In this document: positions 27,738 to 37,949 of the stretch, piece by piece | Layout: each line of letters begins with the position of its first letter | Numbering within the stretch: the first letter of the stretch is position 1 | NCBI GenBank assembly: GCA_016840165.1 | Contig: JAEOSU010000048.1 | Span: forward strand, 1 to 64,000 | Source: Promethearchaeota archaeon | Lineage (GTDB): Archaea > Asgardarchaeota > Lokiarchaeia > Sigyniarchaeales > SOKP01 | DNA length: 64,000 nt | Direction: 5' to 3' | The notes under the pieces: model-generated | What the model was told of the DNA's origin: nothing | The model's input: only the letters and a program-made list of their open reading frames with translations | The model's database searches: none | Made by a program: the position numbers and the translations under genes

Positions 27738-29339
27738 TCATTTTGTTGGGTTAATTCGTTTAAAATACTTCAGATTAAAATCTTGAAAGCATGAGTCCAT
27801 TGATTCAATATTCTCTAAATCTTTTACAGATAATCTGGTTTGATCGTTCAGATTTTTCGCAGCCCAGATTAATTTATTAAAAAATTGATGATGCTTATGA
27901 AATCTCTGATTTGCATATTCCTTTGCTTGTTTTGTATATAATAGAAATGGCCAATCGCTACCCTCCATCAATAAAAGTTCTCGTGCAGTTTGTTTGAGAA
28001 CTCTTTGTTCCCAATCTCCAGAATTTGGGGGATTTTCTAACACATCTTCAAATTGCTTAATCGAAGAGTTGATGTAGGGCCAGATCCATCCATGCTCAGG
28101 ATTTAACCATACTTGGAAGTGGCCTCCTTCACCCCAACTACTTTCTTTCATCCTGATAGTCGAAAAATTTCGCTTATAAACGGATAAATATTCCGAAATG
28201 GTTATCATTTCAATATCATTCGCGTTAATTATTGACTGAAATAATAATTTAAGCCACTGAATGCCTTCTTTCCACCAATGTCCGTATAACTCAAAGTCAA
28301 AAGGAGAAACAATAATTCCTTGAGTTCCATATGCATCATAAAATGCGTTAATTTCTTCCTTTAATAGGGAAAGATAATGAGTGACATTATCTTTAATTTG
28401 TTCCATGGCTTTTTCAGGATGATATAGCTCTTTTGCCTGATTACCAATATCTTTATTTGTAATTCTCCAATAATTTAACCCCGATTCTTCATCTTTTTTA
28501 TGAAATTCCATATAGAACTCATTTCCAGGATATCCTATTTTTGCATCCCAAACTTGCCTGCTAGCCTTTTTATTCCTTCCAAACACAGAGATTCCGGACT
28601 CTAAATCATAACCAATGTTGGTATTTAACCCTATCTTGTTATTCGATTCCAGTATTTCTGCATCCAAGATGCCATGGGAATCTACAAAAAAATATTCAAT
28701 TTCAGAATTATGCAGCCAGTAATCAATACTTTCTCGAAATTCTCCATTAGTATAAATTTTAGGACGATATGCACATTCAGGTAACCAGAAACCTTTAGGT
28801 GGTTTTCCAAAATATTTCTTATGTGTATCTACGGCTAATTGAATCTGTGAAAAAATACCCGAATCGCTTTCCATAAGAGGAAGAAAAGCATGTGTTGCTG
28901 CACATGAAATTAATTCAATTATTTTTTCATTTTGTAACCACCTAAAGCTTCCTAAGATATCTCGATAATAATTATGATAATACGTATCTAAAATATGCTC
29001 AAAATTTTTTAAATGCGATTCTGCTAAATCCTTTCTTCTTGGTTGATTCTTAAAGCGTTGAATATCATTTTTAGCTCTCGAAATGAGATTATCCATGTAT
29101 TCAGTATATCTTTGGTTCATGTATTCATCTGCAAATTGCTCTGCTAAAGTGGGAGTAATGTTAATAGTAATTGCTGTTTTTAAATTTTCTTCTTTAAGTT
29201 CCCTCAAAATATTTAACATAGGAATGTAAGTCTCATTCATCGCCTCAAATAACCATTCCTCGCCCGCAGGCCATGTACCAGATTTTTTACACCATGGTAT
29301 ATGGCCATGCAATACTAAACCGAAATAACCTTTACTCAT
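27738..29339 (-). CDS. GH57 1,4-alpha-glucan branching enzyme (DUF1957)
   Basis: LHGHIP, EEWLFEA..ETYIP, FWLPECAY, FDFELYGHWW.EG, RELLL...SDWPF. Confidence 0.92.
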   Translation of the reverse strand: MSKGYFGLVLHGHIPWCKKSGTWPAGEEWLFEAMNETYIPMLNILRELKEENLKTAITINITPTLAEQFADEYMNQRYTEYMDNLISRAKNDIQRFKNQPRRKDLAESHLKNFEHILDTYYHNYYRDILGSFRWLQNEKIIELISCAATHAFLPLMESDSGIFSQIQLAVDTHKKYFGKPPKGFWLPECAYRPKIYTNGEFRESIDYWLHNSEIEYFFVDSHGILDAEILESNNKIGLNTNIGYDLESGISVFGRNKKASRQVWDAKIGYPGNEFYMEFHKKDEESGLNYWRITNKDIGNQAKELYHPEKAMEQIKDNVTHYLSLLKEEINAFYDAYGTQGIIVSPFDFELYGHWWKEGIQWLKLLFQSIINANDIEMITISEYLSVYKRNFSTIRMKESSWGEGGHFQVWLNPEHGWIWPYINSSIKQFEDVLENPPNSGDWEQRVLKQTARELLLMEGSDWPFLLYTKQAKEYANQRFHKHHQFFNKLIWAAKNLNDQTRLSVKDLENIESMDSCFQDFNLKYFKRINPTK

Positions 29340-29459
29340 ATCTATAAAAATGAGAAATAGAATTATATTTTTATCTAAATTCTCATTAGAGCAAGAATAA
29401 ATCCAAATTAGAAATTTTTAAAGATATTTTTAAATTCACCTTCACTTTAGTTTTCAATC

Positions 29460-30218
29460 ATGAATCAGTGGACTTTATTCTTAATTATTTTAGCTTGTAT
29501 TATTTTAGTTATCCTAATTTTTAGTGTACCTCGGAAAAAAATTGAAAGAATTGTCAGTATAGAGGCGCTTGATGATCCTGAGGTAGCAAAAGCATTTGAG
29601 AAAATGACTAACTTTTTTCCATTTAAAATACTGCGGAAAAGAATTATATCTGAATTAAAGCATTATGATTTGCATGGAATATTGGTAGATGTTGGATGTG
29701 GTTCTGGAAATCTTGCTGTACAAATTGCTAATGAATTTAATGATCTTGAACTTATAGCTATGGATTTATCAAAAGAAATCCTTAATTTAGCTAAGATTAG
29801 AGCTACAAAAGCTCACTTGGATGAAAAAATTAAATTTAAAATAGGAAGTGTTGAGAAAATTCCTTTAGATGATAAATCTGTAGATTTTATTATCAGTTCT
29901 CTTTCTTTACATCATTGGTACGACCCTAAACTTGCATTTAAAGAACTTTTACGTATCATAAAAGATGATGGAATCATTCTTATTTTTGATTTTCGTAGGA
30001 ATTCACGCAGATTTTTCTACGGATTGCTGAAATTTGCTACGAAAGTTGTAGTACCAAATGCGTTAAAAAAGATTAATGAACCATTAGGTTCATTAAAAGC
30101 AGGGTATATAACTGAGGAGTTAAAGGCCATGTTTAGCGATCTAAATATAAAAGATTATGTTATTAAACCATATCTGGCTTGGATGTTTATTAGTATTAAA
30201 AAATCATATGACTTATAG
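29460..30218 (+). CDS. Class I SAM-dependent methyltransferase with N-terminal membrane anchor
   Basis: VDVGCGSG, SLHHW; hydrophobic N-terminus. Confidence 0.88.
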   Translation: MNQWTLFLIILACIILVILIFSVPRKKIERIVSIEALDDPEVAKAFEKMTNFFPFKILRKRIISELKHYDLHGILVDVGCGSGNLAVQIANEFNDLELIAMDLSKEILNLAKIRATKAHLDEKIKFKIGSVEKIPLDDKSVDFIISSLSLHHWYDPKLAFKELLRIIKDDGIILIFDFRRNSRRFFYGLLKFATKVVVPNALKKINEPLGSLKAGYITEELKAMFSDLNIKDYVIKPYLAWMFISIKKSYDL

Positions 30219-30292
30219 AGATAACTAAGACTTTTTAAAGATTGTAAATTCCATTTTCTAGAAGTATTTATAACTTCAGTATACTATACAAG

Positions 30293-31474
30293 ATGATTAT
30301 TATGACAAGTAAACCTAAAGCAATTGTTTCACCACCATCTAAGGAGGAGTTGAACTACCGATTAGAAAAAGTAAGAAATGAGATGAGAAAGCAACAATTA
30401 GATTATTATGTCTCCTTTGATCCGGTGAATATTTATTATTTAACCAATTTTGCGAATAATGTACATGAGCGTCCATTTATTTTAATAATTAAGGGTAATG
30501 ATACACCTAGTATGCTAGTGCCGCTATTAGAGAAAAGTCATGTTGAATCTAGAGCTTTATGTGACCTCAATTATGAATCTTATTACGAATTTCCCGCTCC
30601 TAAAGGTCAAAACTGGTATGATGTGTACCAGAATTTAATTGATAAAGATAAAAAAGTAGGTGTCGAATCATCATTACCGATAGGAATCTCACATCGAACA
30701 CCGGGAAATAAGGTTGTTACAGATATAATTAATGAAGCACGTATAATAAAAACTGACTATGAAGTCGGACGCTCGGTTCATGCATGCCGGGTGATTAACA
30801 AAGGGCATAAGGAACTTTTAAAAATGTGTCAACCAGGAATCCATGAATTTGCAATATACCAGAAAATCACAGGAATAATGACTTCAAAAATTATTACTGA
30901 TATCCCCAACGCTAATTTCATGGTATGTAAAACTACCGCAGCAGTGTGGCCACCTTCTTTTTCTCATGATCCTCATATCATTCCGAAAATTTTTGCACAG
31001 ATGGAAGAGGGTGGACCTCACGTCTCGATTGTGTATGCTCAAGTAGATGGATATGGAGTAGAAATTGAACGCACATTTTTCCTTGGCAAAGTATCAGAGA
31101 GAGCAAAAAAAGTATTTGATGTTATGTTTAATGCAAGAGAATATGCTTACAGTATGCTTCAACCGGGAGAGTTAATGAGTGAGATAGATAAAAAAGTTCG
31201 AAAATTTATAACAGAAAAAGGATACGGGGATTATATTATTCATCGAACTGGACACGGTCTAGGAATAACTGGTCATGAAGCTCCATTCTTAGCTGAAGGT
31301 TATGACAGAGAACTTGAGCCAAATATGTTAATTAGCGTTGAACCAGGGATATATATCCCAAATTTAGGAGGCTTTAGGCACTCGGATTCAGTATTGATTA
31401 CAGAAGATGGTTTTATTAAGTTATCAAAAGCGCCAGAAACCATTGAAGAACTTACGATTCCTATTAAAAAGTAG
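30293..31474 (+). CDS. M24 family Xaa-Pro peptidase/creatinase-like protein
   Basis: Creatinase-N domain (NIYYLTN), HRTGHGLG...HE.P, EPGIY, RHSD. Confidence 0.85.
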   Translation: MIIMTSKPKAIVSPPSKEELNYRLEKVRNEMRKQQLDYYVSFDPVNIYYLTNFANNVHERPFILIIKGNDTPSMLVPLLEKSHVESRALCDLNYESYYEFPAPKGQNWYDVYQNLIDKDKKVGVESSLPIGISHRTPGNKVVTDIINEARIIKTDYEVGRSVHACRVINKGHKELLKMCQPGIHEFAIYQKITGIMTSKIITDIPNANFMVCKTTAAVWPPSFSHDPHIIPKIFAQMEEGGPHVSIVYAQVDGYGVEIERTFFLGKVSERAKKVFDVMFNAREYAYSMLQPGELMSEIDKKVRKFITEKGYGDYIIHRTGHGLGITGHEAPFLAEGYDRELEPNMLISVEPGIYIPNLGGFRHSDSVLITEDGFIKLSKAPETIEELTIPIKK

Positions 31475-31496
31475 AGTTTTCTCTAAGCTATTTATT

Positions 31497-33857
31497 CTAG
31501 TAGGAGGTATGTTCAGTTCTTTTAATAATTTCATCCTGCAAATCATTGCCTAAATTTACAAAATAATCACTATAACCTGCAACTCTGACAATTAAATCAC
31601 TATATAATTTCGGAGAGTCTTGTGCTGCTCGTAATGTATTCGCTGACACGACATTAAATTGGATATGATGACCACCATTCTCAAAATAAGATCTAATCAA
31701 ATTAGCTACTTTTTCAATACCTTCAATAGTTTTTAGCAATTCTGGGGTAAATTTTTGGTTTAATAATGTACCGCCAGTTCGTAAATGATCGATTTTAGAT
31801 GCTGAATTGAGAACGGCAGTTGGTCCATTGACATCCATACCTTGAACAGGTGAGATTCCTTCAGAAAGAGGCATTTGTGATCTACGACCATCAGGAGTAG
31901 CCCCAGTCACTTTCCCAAAATAGATATGAACGGTAGTAGGAAGTAGGTTTATATGATATGCTCCACCTTTTGTATTTGGGCGATTTTCAACAATATTATA
32001 TACCATATCAAATACTATTTTAGTCAATTCATCAACATAGTCATTGTCATTACCATACTTAGGTGTTTTTGACAGAAATTTCTGATGAAGAGTCTCATAT
32101 CCTTGAAAATCTTTATTTAATACTTCAACCATCTTTTCCATGGATAAAATTTCTTTATCAAAAACATTATATTTTATGGACGCTAGTGAATCAGTAATCG
32201 AGCCCATCCCTACAATTTGAATGTAAGAAGTGTTATACTTCGCACCTCCATCATTATAATCCTTTCCTTTTTTAATGCAATCCTCTATTAAAAGAGATAA
32301 GAATGGGGCGGGACTTTCTGCCCATATACGTTCAATTATCTGATTGCCTTTTATTTTAATATCAAGAAAATACTGTAATTGCTTATTATAAGCATCTAAA
32401 AAAGCTTTAAAATTGTTAAAACTGGAACAATGGCCTGTTTTTAATCCAATCTGTTTGCCAGTCTGAGGGTCGATACCATTATTAAGAGTTATTTCGAGAA
32501 TTTTGACTAAATTGAAATAACCAGTCAAAATATAAGATTCCTTTCCAAAAGCACCAACTTCTACACAACCGCTTGCTCCTCCATTTCTTGCATCCTCAAT
32601 TGATTTTCCTTGTCTTATTAATTCTTGAATAATAAGATCGGTATTGAAAAGTGATGGTTGCCCAAAACCTGTTTTAATGATCTCTAAAGCTCTTATTAAA
32701 ATTTGGTCTGGAGTTTTTTTACTGACTTGTACGTTACTACTAGGCTGAACTATTCTCATCTCTTCAATAACATCCAATAGCATATAAGATAATTCATTTA
32801 CTCCATCAGTCCCATCCTCTTTTAATCCACCAATGTTAATATTGCAGAAATCAGTATAGGTATTACTTTCTTCGGCGGTAACTCCTACTTTTGGTGGTGC
32901 AGGTTGATTGTTGAACTTAACCCAGAACGCTTGAAGGAGTTCATAGGCTTTTTCTCGTGTTAAAGAACCATCTTTTATTCCTTGAGTATAAAAGGGATAA
33001 AGATGTTGATCTAATCTTCCAGGATTAAAGGAATCCCATGTATTATATTCTATTATTACACCTAAATGAATAAACCAGTAATGTTGTAAGGCTTCCCAAA
33101 AATTTCTTGGTCGATTAGCTGGCACATGCGAACAGATTTCTGCCAAAGTAAGTAATTCTTCTTTTCTTGTCTCATCATTTTCTAATTCAGCCATGTTTGC
33201 AAGTTGTACTGAATAGCGTTTTGCTAAATTAATAATAGCATCAGCTACTATATTCATTGCTCTTAACTGCTCACGTTTATTGAAAGCATCAGGATCGTTA
33301 AAAAAATCAAGGAGTTGCATATTAATTTGTATCTCATTTTTAAGATCTAATAATCCTTTCTGCCAAATCTGCTTTCCTGCGACAGTATGACCCGGTGCTC
33401 GTTGTTCCATAAATTCTGTAAAGATACCTGTCTCGTAAGCATCAATCCAATTGTTATCCATTTGATTGAATATTTGATTTCGAATTGAACGATGTTTCCA
33501 ATATGGTATAATTATCTCTTCACTTTGACGCTTAACTTCATCAGATACGGCAAATGATACTTTTGGTCTATTATCAAGTATTTCTAAATCTTGAATACTA
33601 TGACAACATACTTCTGGATAAGTTGGAGTCGCATTTGGTTCAGGTCCTCGTTCTCCAACGATTAACTCCCCTTTATTGATACATAGCTTTTTATTATCCA
33701 ACAGATATTTAAATGCTTTTGCTCTTCTTACTGGGGGAGTCTCTTTGAAAGCAATATCTTTTTGATAGAATTCAGTAATCAATAATGCTCTCTCTAAAGA
33801 GATCTTGGGCGTTGCCTGAAGACTTTGATTGCGAAGTTTTTCAATTCTATGATTCAT
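31497..33857 (-). CDS. hypD: Glycyl radical enzyme, trans-4-hydroxy-L-proline dehydratase-like
   Basis: FMEQRAPGH, TWDSFNPGRLDQ, EESNTYTDF, SGCVE, LPTT, C-terminal LIVRVAGYS. Confidence 0.8.
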   Translation of the reverse strand: MNHRIEKLRNQSLQATPKISLERALLITEFYQKDIAFKETPPVRRAKAFKYLLDNKKLCINKGELIVGERGPEPNATPTYPEVCCHSIQDLEILDNRPKVSFAVSDEVKRQSEEIIIPYWKHRSIRNQIFNQMDNNWIDAYETGIFTEFMEQRAPGHTVAGKQIWQKGLLDLKNEIQINMQLLDFFNDPDAFNKREQLRAMNIVADAIINLAKRYSVQLANMAELENDETRKEELLTLAEICSHVPANRPRNFWEALQHYWFIHLGVIIEYNTWDSFNPGRLDQHLYPFYTQGIKDGSLTREKAYELLQAFWVKFNNQPAPPKVGVTAEESNTYTDFCNINIGGLKEDGTDGVNELSYMLLDVIEEMRIVQPSSNVQVSKKTPDQILIRALEIIKTGFGQPSLFNTDLIIQELIRQGKSIEDARNGGASGCVEVGAFGKESYILTGYFNLVKILEITLNNGIDPQTGKQIGLKTGHCSSFNNFKAFLDAYNKQLQYFLDIKIKGNQIIERIWAESPAPFLSLLIEDCIKKGKDYNDGGAKYNTSYIQIVGMGSITDSLASIKYNVFDKEILSMEKMVEVLNKDFQGYETLHQKFLSKTPKYGNDNDYVDELTKIVFDMVYNIVENRPNTKGGAYHINLLPTTVHIYFGKVTGATPDGRRSQMPLSEGISPVQGMDVNGPTAVLNSASKIDHLRTGGTLLNQKFTPELLKTIEGIEKVANLIRSYFENGGHHIQFNVVSANTLRAAQDSPKLYSDLIVRVAGYSDYFVNLGNDLQDEIIKRTEHTSY

Positions 33858-33936
33858 AATATCTATTTCAATTGAATATTAATCAGAATTAATGTTTAAG
33901 TTTGACTAATATTATCAATTAGGAAGATTTGAAGGA

Positions 33937-34437
33937 TTAAATTTCATTCATTATTTGACTTAGTGATTTTCTAAGGGTTGGTTTTGGAATGTTTCCTCTG
34001 ATATATCCAAAAGGTAAGATGGTGAGTAAATAATCCTCTTTATTAATCCCTAATAACTTTTTAGCCTTTTCTCGATCCATCGAACCAATCGAACAAATTC
34101 CAATGCCTAATGACCATGCCATTAACATCATCTGCATTGAAACTAAAGAAGTATCGATCTTATACCAGTTCGGACTTTCGGAGGTTTTACCAACTATTAC
34201 AATCGCTAATGGAGCACGCTTAAAAAATTTACCATAAATCGCTGTTTCTGAGACTTTTTGTAATATCTCCTTATCTTTAATAATGATAAATTCCCATGGT
34301 TGACGATTAGAAGCGCTTGGAGTCCATCTCCCCGCTTCTAATATCATCTTAAGATGTTTCTCCTTGATTTCTTCTTTTTGAAAAGCCCGAATGCTACGTC
34401 TTTCCTTGAGAAACTCAAGAAATTCTTTTGGATCCAA
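33937..34437 (-). CDS. Nitroreductase family protein
   Basis: RRSIRAF, PSASNRQPWEF, LGIG.C..G. Confidence 0.92.
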   Translation of the reverse strand: MDPKEFLEFLKERRSIRAFQKEEIKEKHLKMILEAGRWTPSASNRQPWEFIIIKDKEILQKVSETAIYGKFFKRAPLAIVIVGKTSESPNWYKIDTSLVSMQMMLMAWSLGIGICSIGSMDREKAKKLLGINKEDYLLTILPFGYIRGNIPKPTLRKSLSQIMNEI

Positions 34438-34529
34438 CTTAAGTAAAAAAAACCCCAGATCAATTTAAAGATGATTTTTATATTCTATTCAAATTCACAA
34501 CATAAAAAAATAATGATAAGATATTCTAA

Positions 34530-35933
34530 TTGATGTCATTTAGAGAATTAAAAGCAAATTATTTACATAAAAAGCAAGGTGTTAGTCATAGATCGGAAGA
34601 ATATAAATTAATGGCAAAACATTACCCAGGACGCCATGAACCCCACGATAATTTTCTCTATGCTTTTCTTTGTCTGGTCTATGAAGGTGTGGATAAAATT
34701 GACAAGATTAAAAAACGGATGCGTCCTTTGTTTATTGCCGCTACCAATCAAGTTCTTGTGACTGATGAAGACGTAGAAGAGTATTTCTTAATCGCAAAAA
34801 AAGAGAAATTAATTAAATTCAAATCAGACAATATTATCGAATTAACAGAAGAGGGAAAACGGTTAGTAAAGGTAAGTTATTATCATAATCTTTATACCTC
34901 ACATTACATGCGGATTTTTTTCTCTGAAAAAACCGCCATGGGTGCGACTGCTATATTTTTAATTATTTTGTCTATCATGAAAATTCTCACTGGTTTACAG
35001 CTTGGTTCACAAGCAATGTTAACGGAAGGATTTGAAAATTTAACAGATTTAATCAAAATTGGGATTATCGTGATTTTGAGTTTCAAATTCAAAAGAGATA
35101 AACTAGCAAGTATTATAATTATTGGGATAATGCTTTTTACGGGATTTAGTTTGATTTGGTCAGGAATTGAAGATCTATTAAACCCAAGCTCAATAATACC
35201 CACAATCCAAGCATATATCATTGGAATTGTCTCAATAGTTTTGAATTTTGGTTTATTGTTTCTTAAAGGTATGGTGGGAAGAATATCTGGGAATTTATCC
35301 CTTCTAAGTGATTCTAAAGATGCATCATTAAATATTCGACTCTCCGTGGGTGTATTAATTGGTTTGACATTTGCTATTTTTAAGATTTACTTTGTAGACG
35401 CAATAGTGGGAATTATTATTGCGATTTTGGTATTTATTGATGGAATTACAATTATTCGAGAGTTGCTTGTTAAGGAGGAGGATTTTGAAATAAGTTCGAT
35501 AAAAGTATATGCTGATAATCTATACAATACCCGATTAACTGCTTATATCATTGGTAGTATTCGTAGAGAAGATTTGACTATTCAAGAATTACTATCTAAT
35601 TTTAAGAGTGGCTTATCCGCTGGACGCTTATATTATGAGGGGTTTGCAGATTTTTTCTATACCAATTTGGATGTGAATGTTGCTAAAAAACATTTGGAGC
35701 AATTAATTAAGGGAAACTATATTGAAGAACGAAATGGAACCCTATATCTTACCCAAAAAGGACTTAAAACATTCTACAAAGCAAAGGAAAAGGAGTTTAG
35801 ACAAAGAGCGCAAAATATTGCTCAAGGACCTAGTATCACTCCAAAATTTATATCATGTATCGTATTTTTTATCTTATTTATATTGTTGATTATATTTGCT
35901 CCACAACTCAACCAATGGTTAAGCAGTATTTAA
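34530..35933 (+). CDS. Cation diffusion facilitator-like membrane domain flanked by winged-helix-like domains
   Basis: K...G...GSQAML.EGFENLTD and SLLSDSKD CDF-type helices; wing motifs IELTEEG (N-term) and LYLTQKG (C-term). Confidence 0.7.
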   Translation: MMSFRELKANYLHKKQGVSHRSEEYKLMAKHYPGRHEPHDNFLYAFLCLVYEGVDKIDKIKKRMRPLFIAATNQVLVTDEDVEEYFLIAKKEKLIKFKSDNIIELTEEGKRLVKVSYYHNLYTSHYMRIFFSEKTAMGATAIFLIILSIMKILTGLQLGSQAMLTEGFENLTDLIKIGIIVILSFKFKRDKLASIIIIGIMLFTGFSLIWSGIEDLLNPSSIIPTIQAYIIGIVSIVLNFGLLFLKGMVGRISGNLSLLSDSKDASLNIRLSVGVLIGLTFAIFKIYFVDAIVGIIIAILVFIDGITIIRELLVKEEDFEISSIKVYADNLYNTRLTAYIIGSIRREDLTIQELLSNFKSGLSAGRLYYEGFADFFYTNLDVNVAKKHLEQLIKGNYIEERNGTLYLTQKGLKTFYKAKEKEFRQRAQNIAQGPSITPKFISCIVFFILFILLIIFAPQLNQWLSSI

Positions 35934-37183
35934 TCGGTTGGCCTATTATTATAAAAATCAGAATCAAGATTAGGATATATTTTCTTTTTTCTACCATCTT
36001 TTCTTAACTTTATAAGATTCAATTCCTTAAGCTTTTCTAAGTGATAATGAATAGTTTTATGATCAACTTTGAATTTATTTTTGATTAAATTATTCCAAAT
36101 TCCGGGATTTTCTTCTATCATTTCTAAAATCTCTAAAGTTAATCTACTCTTACTTAGTTGAAGATCTATATTCGAGATGGGATTTTTTTGATAATATGGA
36201 AAGTAGGCAATAAATTTTCCTATTCTTTTCTTACCAATAACTTTGTATGTTTCGAGGATGTCTAAATGCCAAACTAAATTGCCTGCTGCTAGTCCTGTCC
36301 GCCGAAGTAATTCATTAAAGTGTACTCCGGGTTCCTTCAATATTATATCTATGATTTTATTTCTATTCTCGTTTTCTAAGACCTCCTCTAAAGAAAGACG
36401 ATGTGCTCCTTTTTCAATAGGTATTGTCCTTGTTTTTAGATATTGGAAATAATCTTTTTTTGAGATTAAAATACCTATTGCTCCAACTCCTATTGCTCCT
36501 ATAACAATAACCAAGATCCATATCCATCCATTAAAAACATCACTTAATTCAAAATATGTAATGAAATAATCCTTATCCGCTTCCAAGTCATATAGTATCC
36601 CTTCAAAGAAAACTTCTGAACTTGATTCATTTACTTTTTCTAAAGTTTCGATTAATTCCCAAGAATCTTTTGTGTTATCATAGATCGCTAAGGAATACTT
36701 TGTTTCAGGATTAAATCCATATTTGGGTAATTTTGATCCTTCAATAGTTAGTTTTTCTACCGTCGTATTAGTTTTTACTCGAAAGATACAATTATAGCGA
36801 TATTGAAACGGAGTACCCTCCTTCACAGGTCCCTGTGGAGTTTTAGTCATTCCAAAATTTTGAATATTTGGTTTTGAAGTAATATTTAGGAATATTGGAT
36901 TAGAATTATTTATTTGAAAGTAGGTTTGGCGATCTCTTATTCCATTATCATATTCAATGTGAAGATCTATTGATGTATTAGTAGTAATGTCAAAAATAAT
37001 CTGATTAGAAAAAATATATTTCACGGTTTCATTCGGATTGATATGATCATCGGTTGACAATCCACCAACGTTTACGGTTCTTGATGCTAATATCTGGGTT
37101 AATAGCAAATTAAACTCAAAAAACACTAACAAGAGAAAGAGTAAACTCAACCACTTTTTTCTTGCTATTTTCAAAGAACCCAT
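35930..37183 (-). CDS. Membrane-anchored transcriptional regulator: signal peptide, ectodomain, TM, double winged HTH
   Basis: N-terminal hydrophobic helix; TM WIWILVIVIGAIGVGAIGILI; NRNKII..I...PGVHFNEL....L..G.L.WHL..LE and a second PG.....I......H..I.YHL.KL; ATG at 37183. Confidence 0.8.
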   Translation of the reverse strand: MGSLKIARKKWLSLLFLLLVFFEFNLLLTQILASRTVNVGGLSTDDHINPNETVKYIFSNQIIFDITTNTSIDLHIEYDNGIRDRQTYFQINNSNPIFLNITSKPNIQNFGMTKTPQGPVKEGTPFQYRYNCIFRVKTNTTVEKLTIEGSKLPKYGFNPETKYSLAIYDNTKDSWELIETLEKVNESSSEVFFEGILYDLEADKDYFITYFELSDVFNGWIWILVIVIGAIGVGAIGILISKKDYFQYLKTRTIPIEKGAHRLSLEEVLENENRNKIIDIILKEPGVHFNELLRRTGLAAGNLVWHLDILETYKVIGKKRIGKFIAYFPYYQKNPISNIDLQLSKSRLTLEILEMIEENPGIWNNLIKNKFKVDHKTIHYHLEKLKELNLIKLRKDGRKKKIYPNLDSDFYNNRPTD

Positions 37184-37250
37184 TTTAACTATTCTACTTT
37201 TATGTTTAATTAATAAATTATAATAATTGAAAAAAAAAAAATAATTGGAT

Positions 37251-37949
37251 TTAATTTGTAGTTCTTTTTCTTTTACGTATGTAAATGATTGATCCAATGA
37301 TAGCTACCGCAATAGCTCCTACAAACACACTAACAACAATTACCATTGTGTAATCAGGAATTAAAATGGTCCAATATGAAAAGTGTGTGATTTCTGCAGT
37401 TAAGTAGTCATCTTGAACAGTTGTTGGAACAGCTACCCATTCACCTGTAGCTTCATCATAATATGCCCATGTACCAATTCGATTCTCATTAGTTGCTCGA
37501 ATTCTAATCTGTGCCTTTGTAAATGTACCATTACAATCAAGATTACATACAAAACCTTCCTGATATTGAAAGCGATTTCTGTTACGTATTTGATAAGTAT
37601 TCCCCATCATTAGTCCTAATTCTTTTTGTTCTTCAGTGCAGGTCATATTCATAAGTAGATCGCCATTTCCTTCTATTTCAATGATAAAATCTTTATTTGC
37701 TAGTTTATGGGTTTCGCAATCTCCCTCAAGGAATAAATTCACATTTGCCATGAATCGAAGTCGTAAATTAAATTGAAATGCAAGCATAGTCATTTCATTA
37801 GCGTTTACATTTGCTTGCCAATGATCCGTTGCAACTGATACTTGTTTGTCAGTAGAGGGAATAGTAGCAGCAACATTTGCGGTTAGGAACGTCGAGAAAA
37901 TCAACAGTAACGCAAAAGAACCAATCAAATATTTGCCATATTTTTTCAT
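37251..37949 (-). CDS. Secreted single-pass membrane protein with juxtamembrane THFS motif
   Basis: Signal peptide; WAYYDEATGEW...LTAEITHFSYWTI; C-terminal TM and basic tail RKRKR. Confidence 0.75.
   Translation of the reverse strand: MKKYGKYLIGSFALLLIFSTFLTANVAATIPSTDKQVSVATDHWQANVNANEMTMLAFQFNLRLRFMANVNLFLEGDCETHKLANKDFIIEIEGNGDLLMNMTCTEEQKELGLMMGNTYQIRNRNRFQYQEGFVCNLDCNGTFTKAQIRIRATNENRIGTWAYYDEATGEWVAVPTTVQDDYLTAEITHFSYWTILIPDYTMVIVVSVFVGAIAVAIIGSIIYIRKRKRTTN

Noticed and set aside
37184-37297. N-terminal 38 codons of ORF 35930..37297
   Set aside because: Overlaps the upstream gene and crosses its T-rich terminator-like tract; ATG 37183 gives a normal signal peptide
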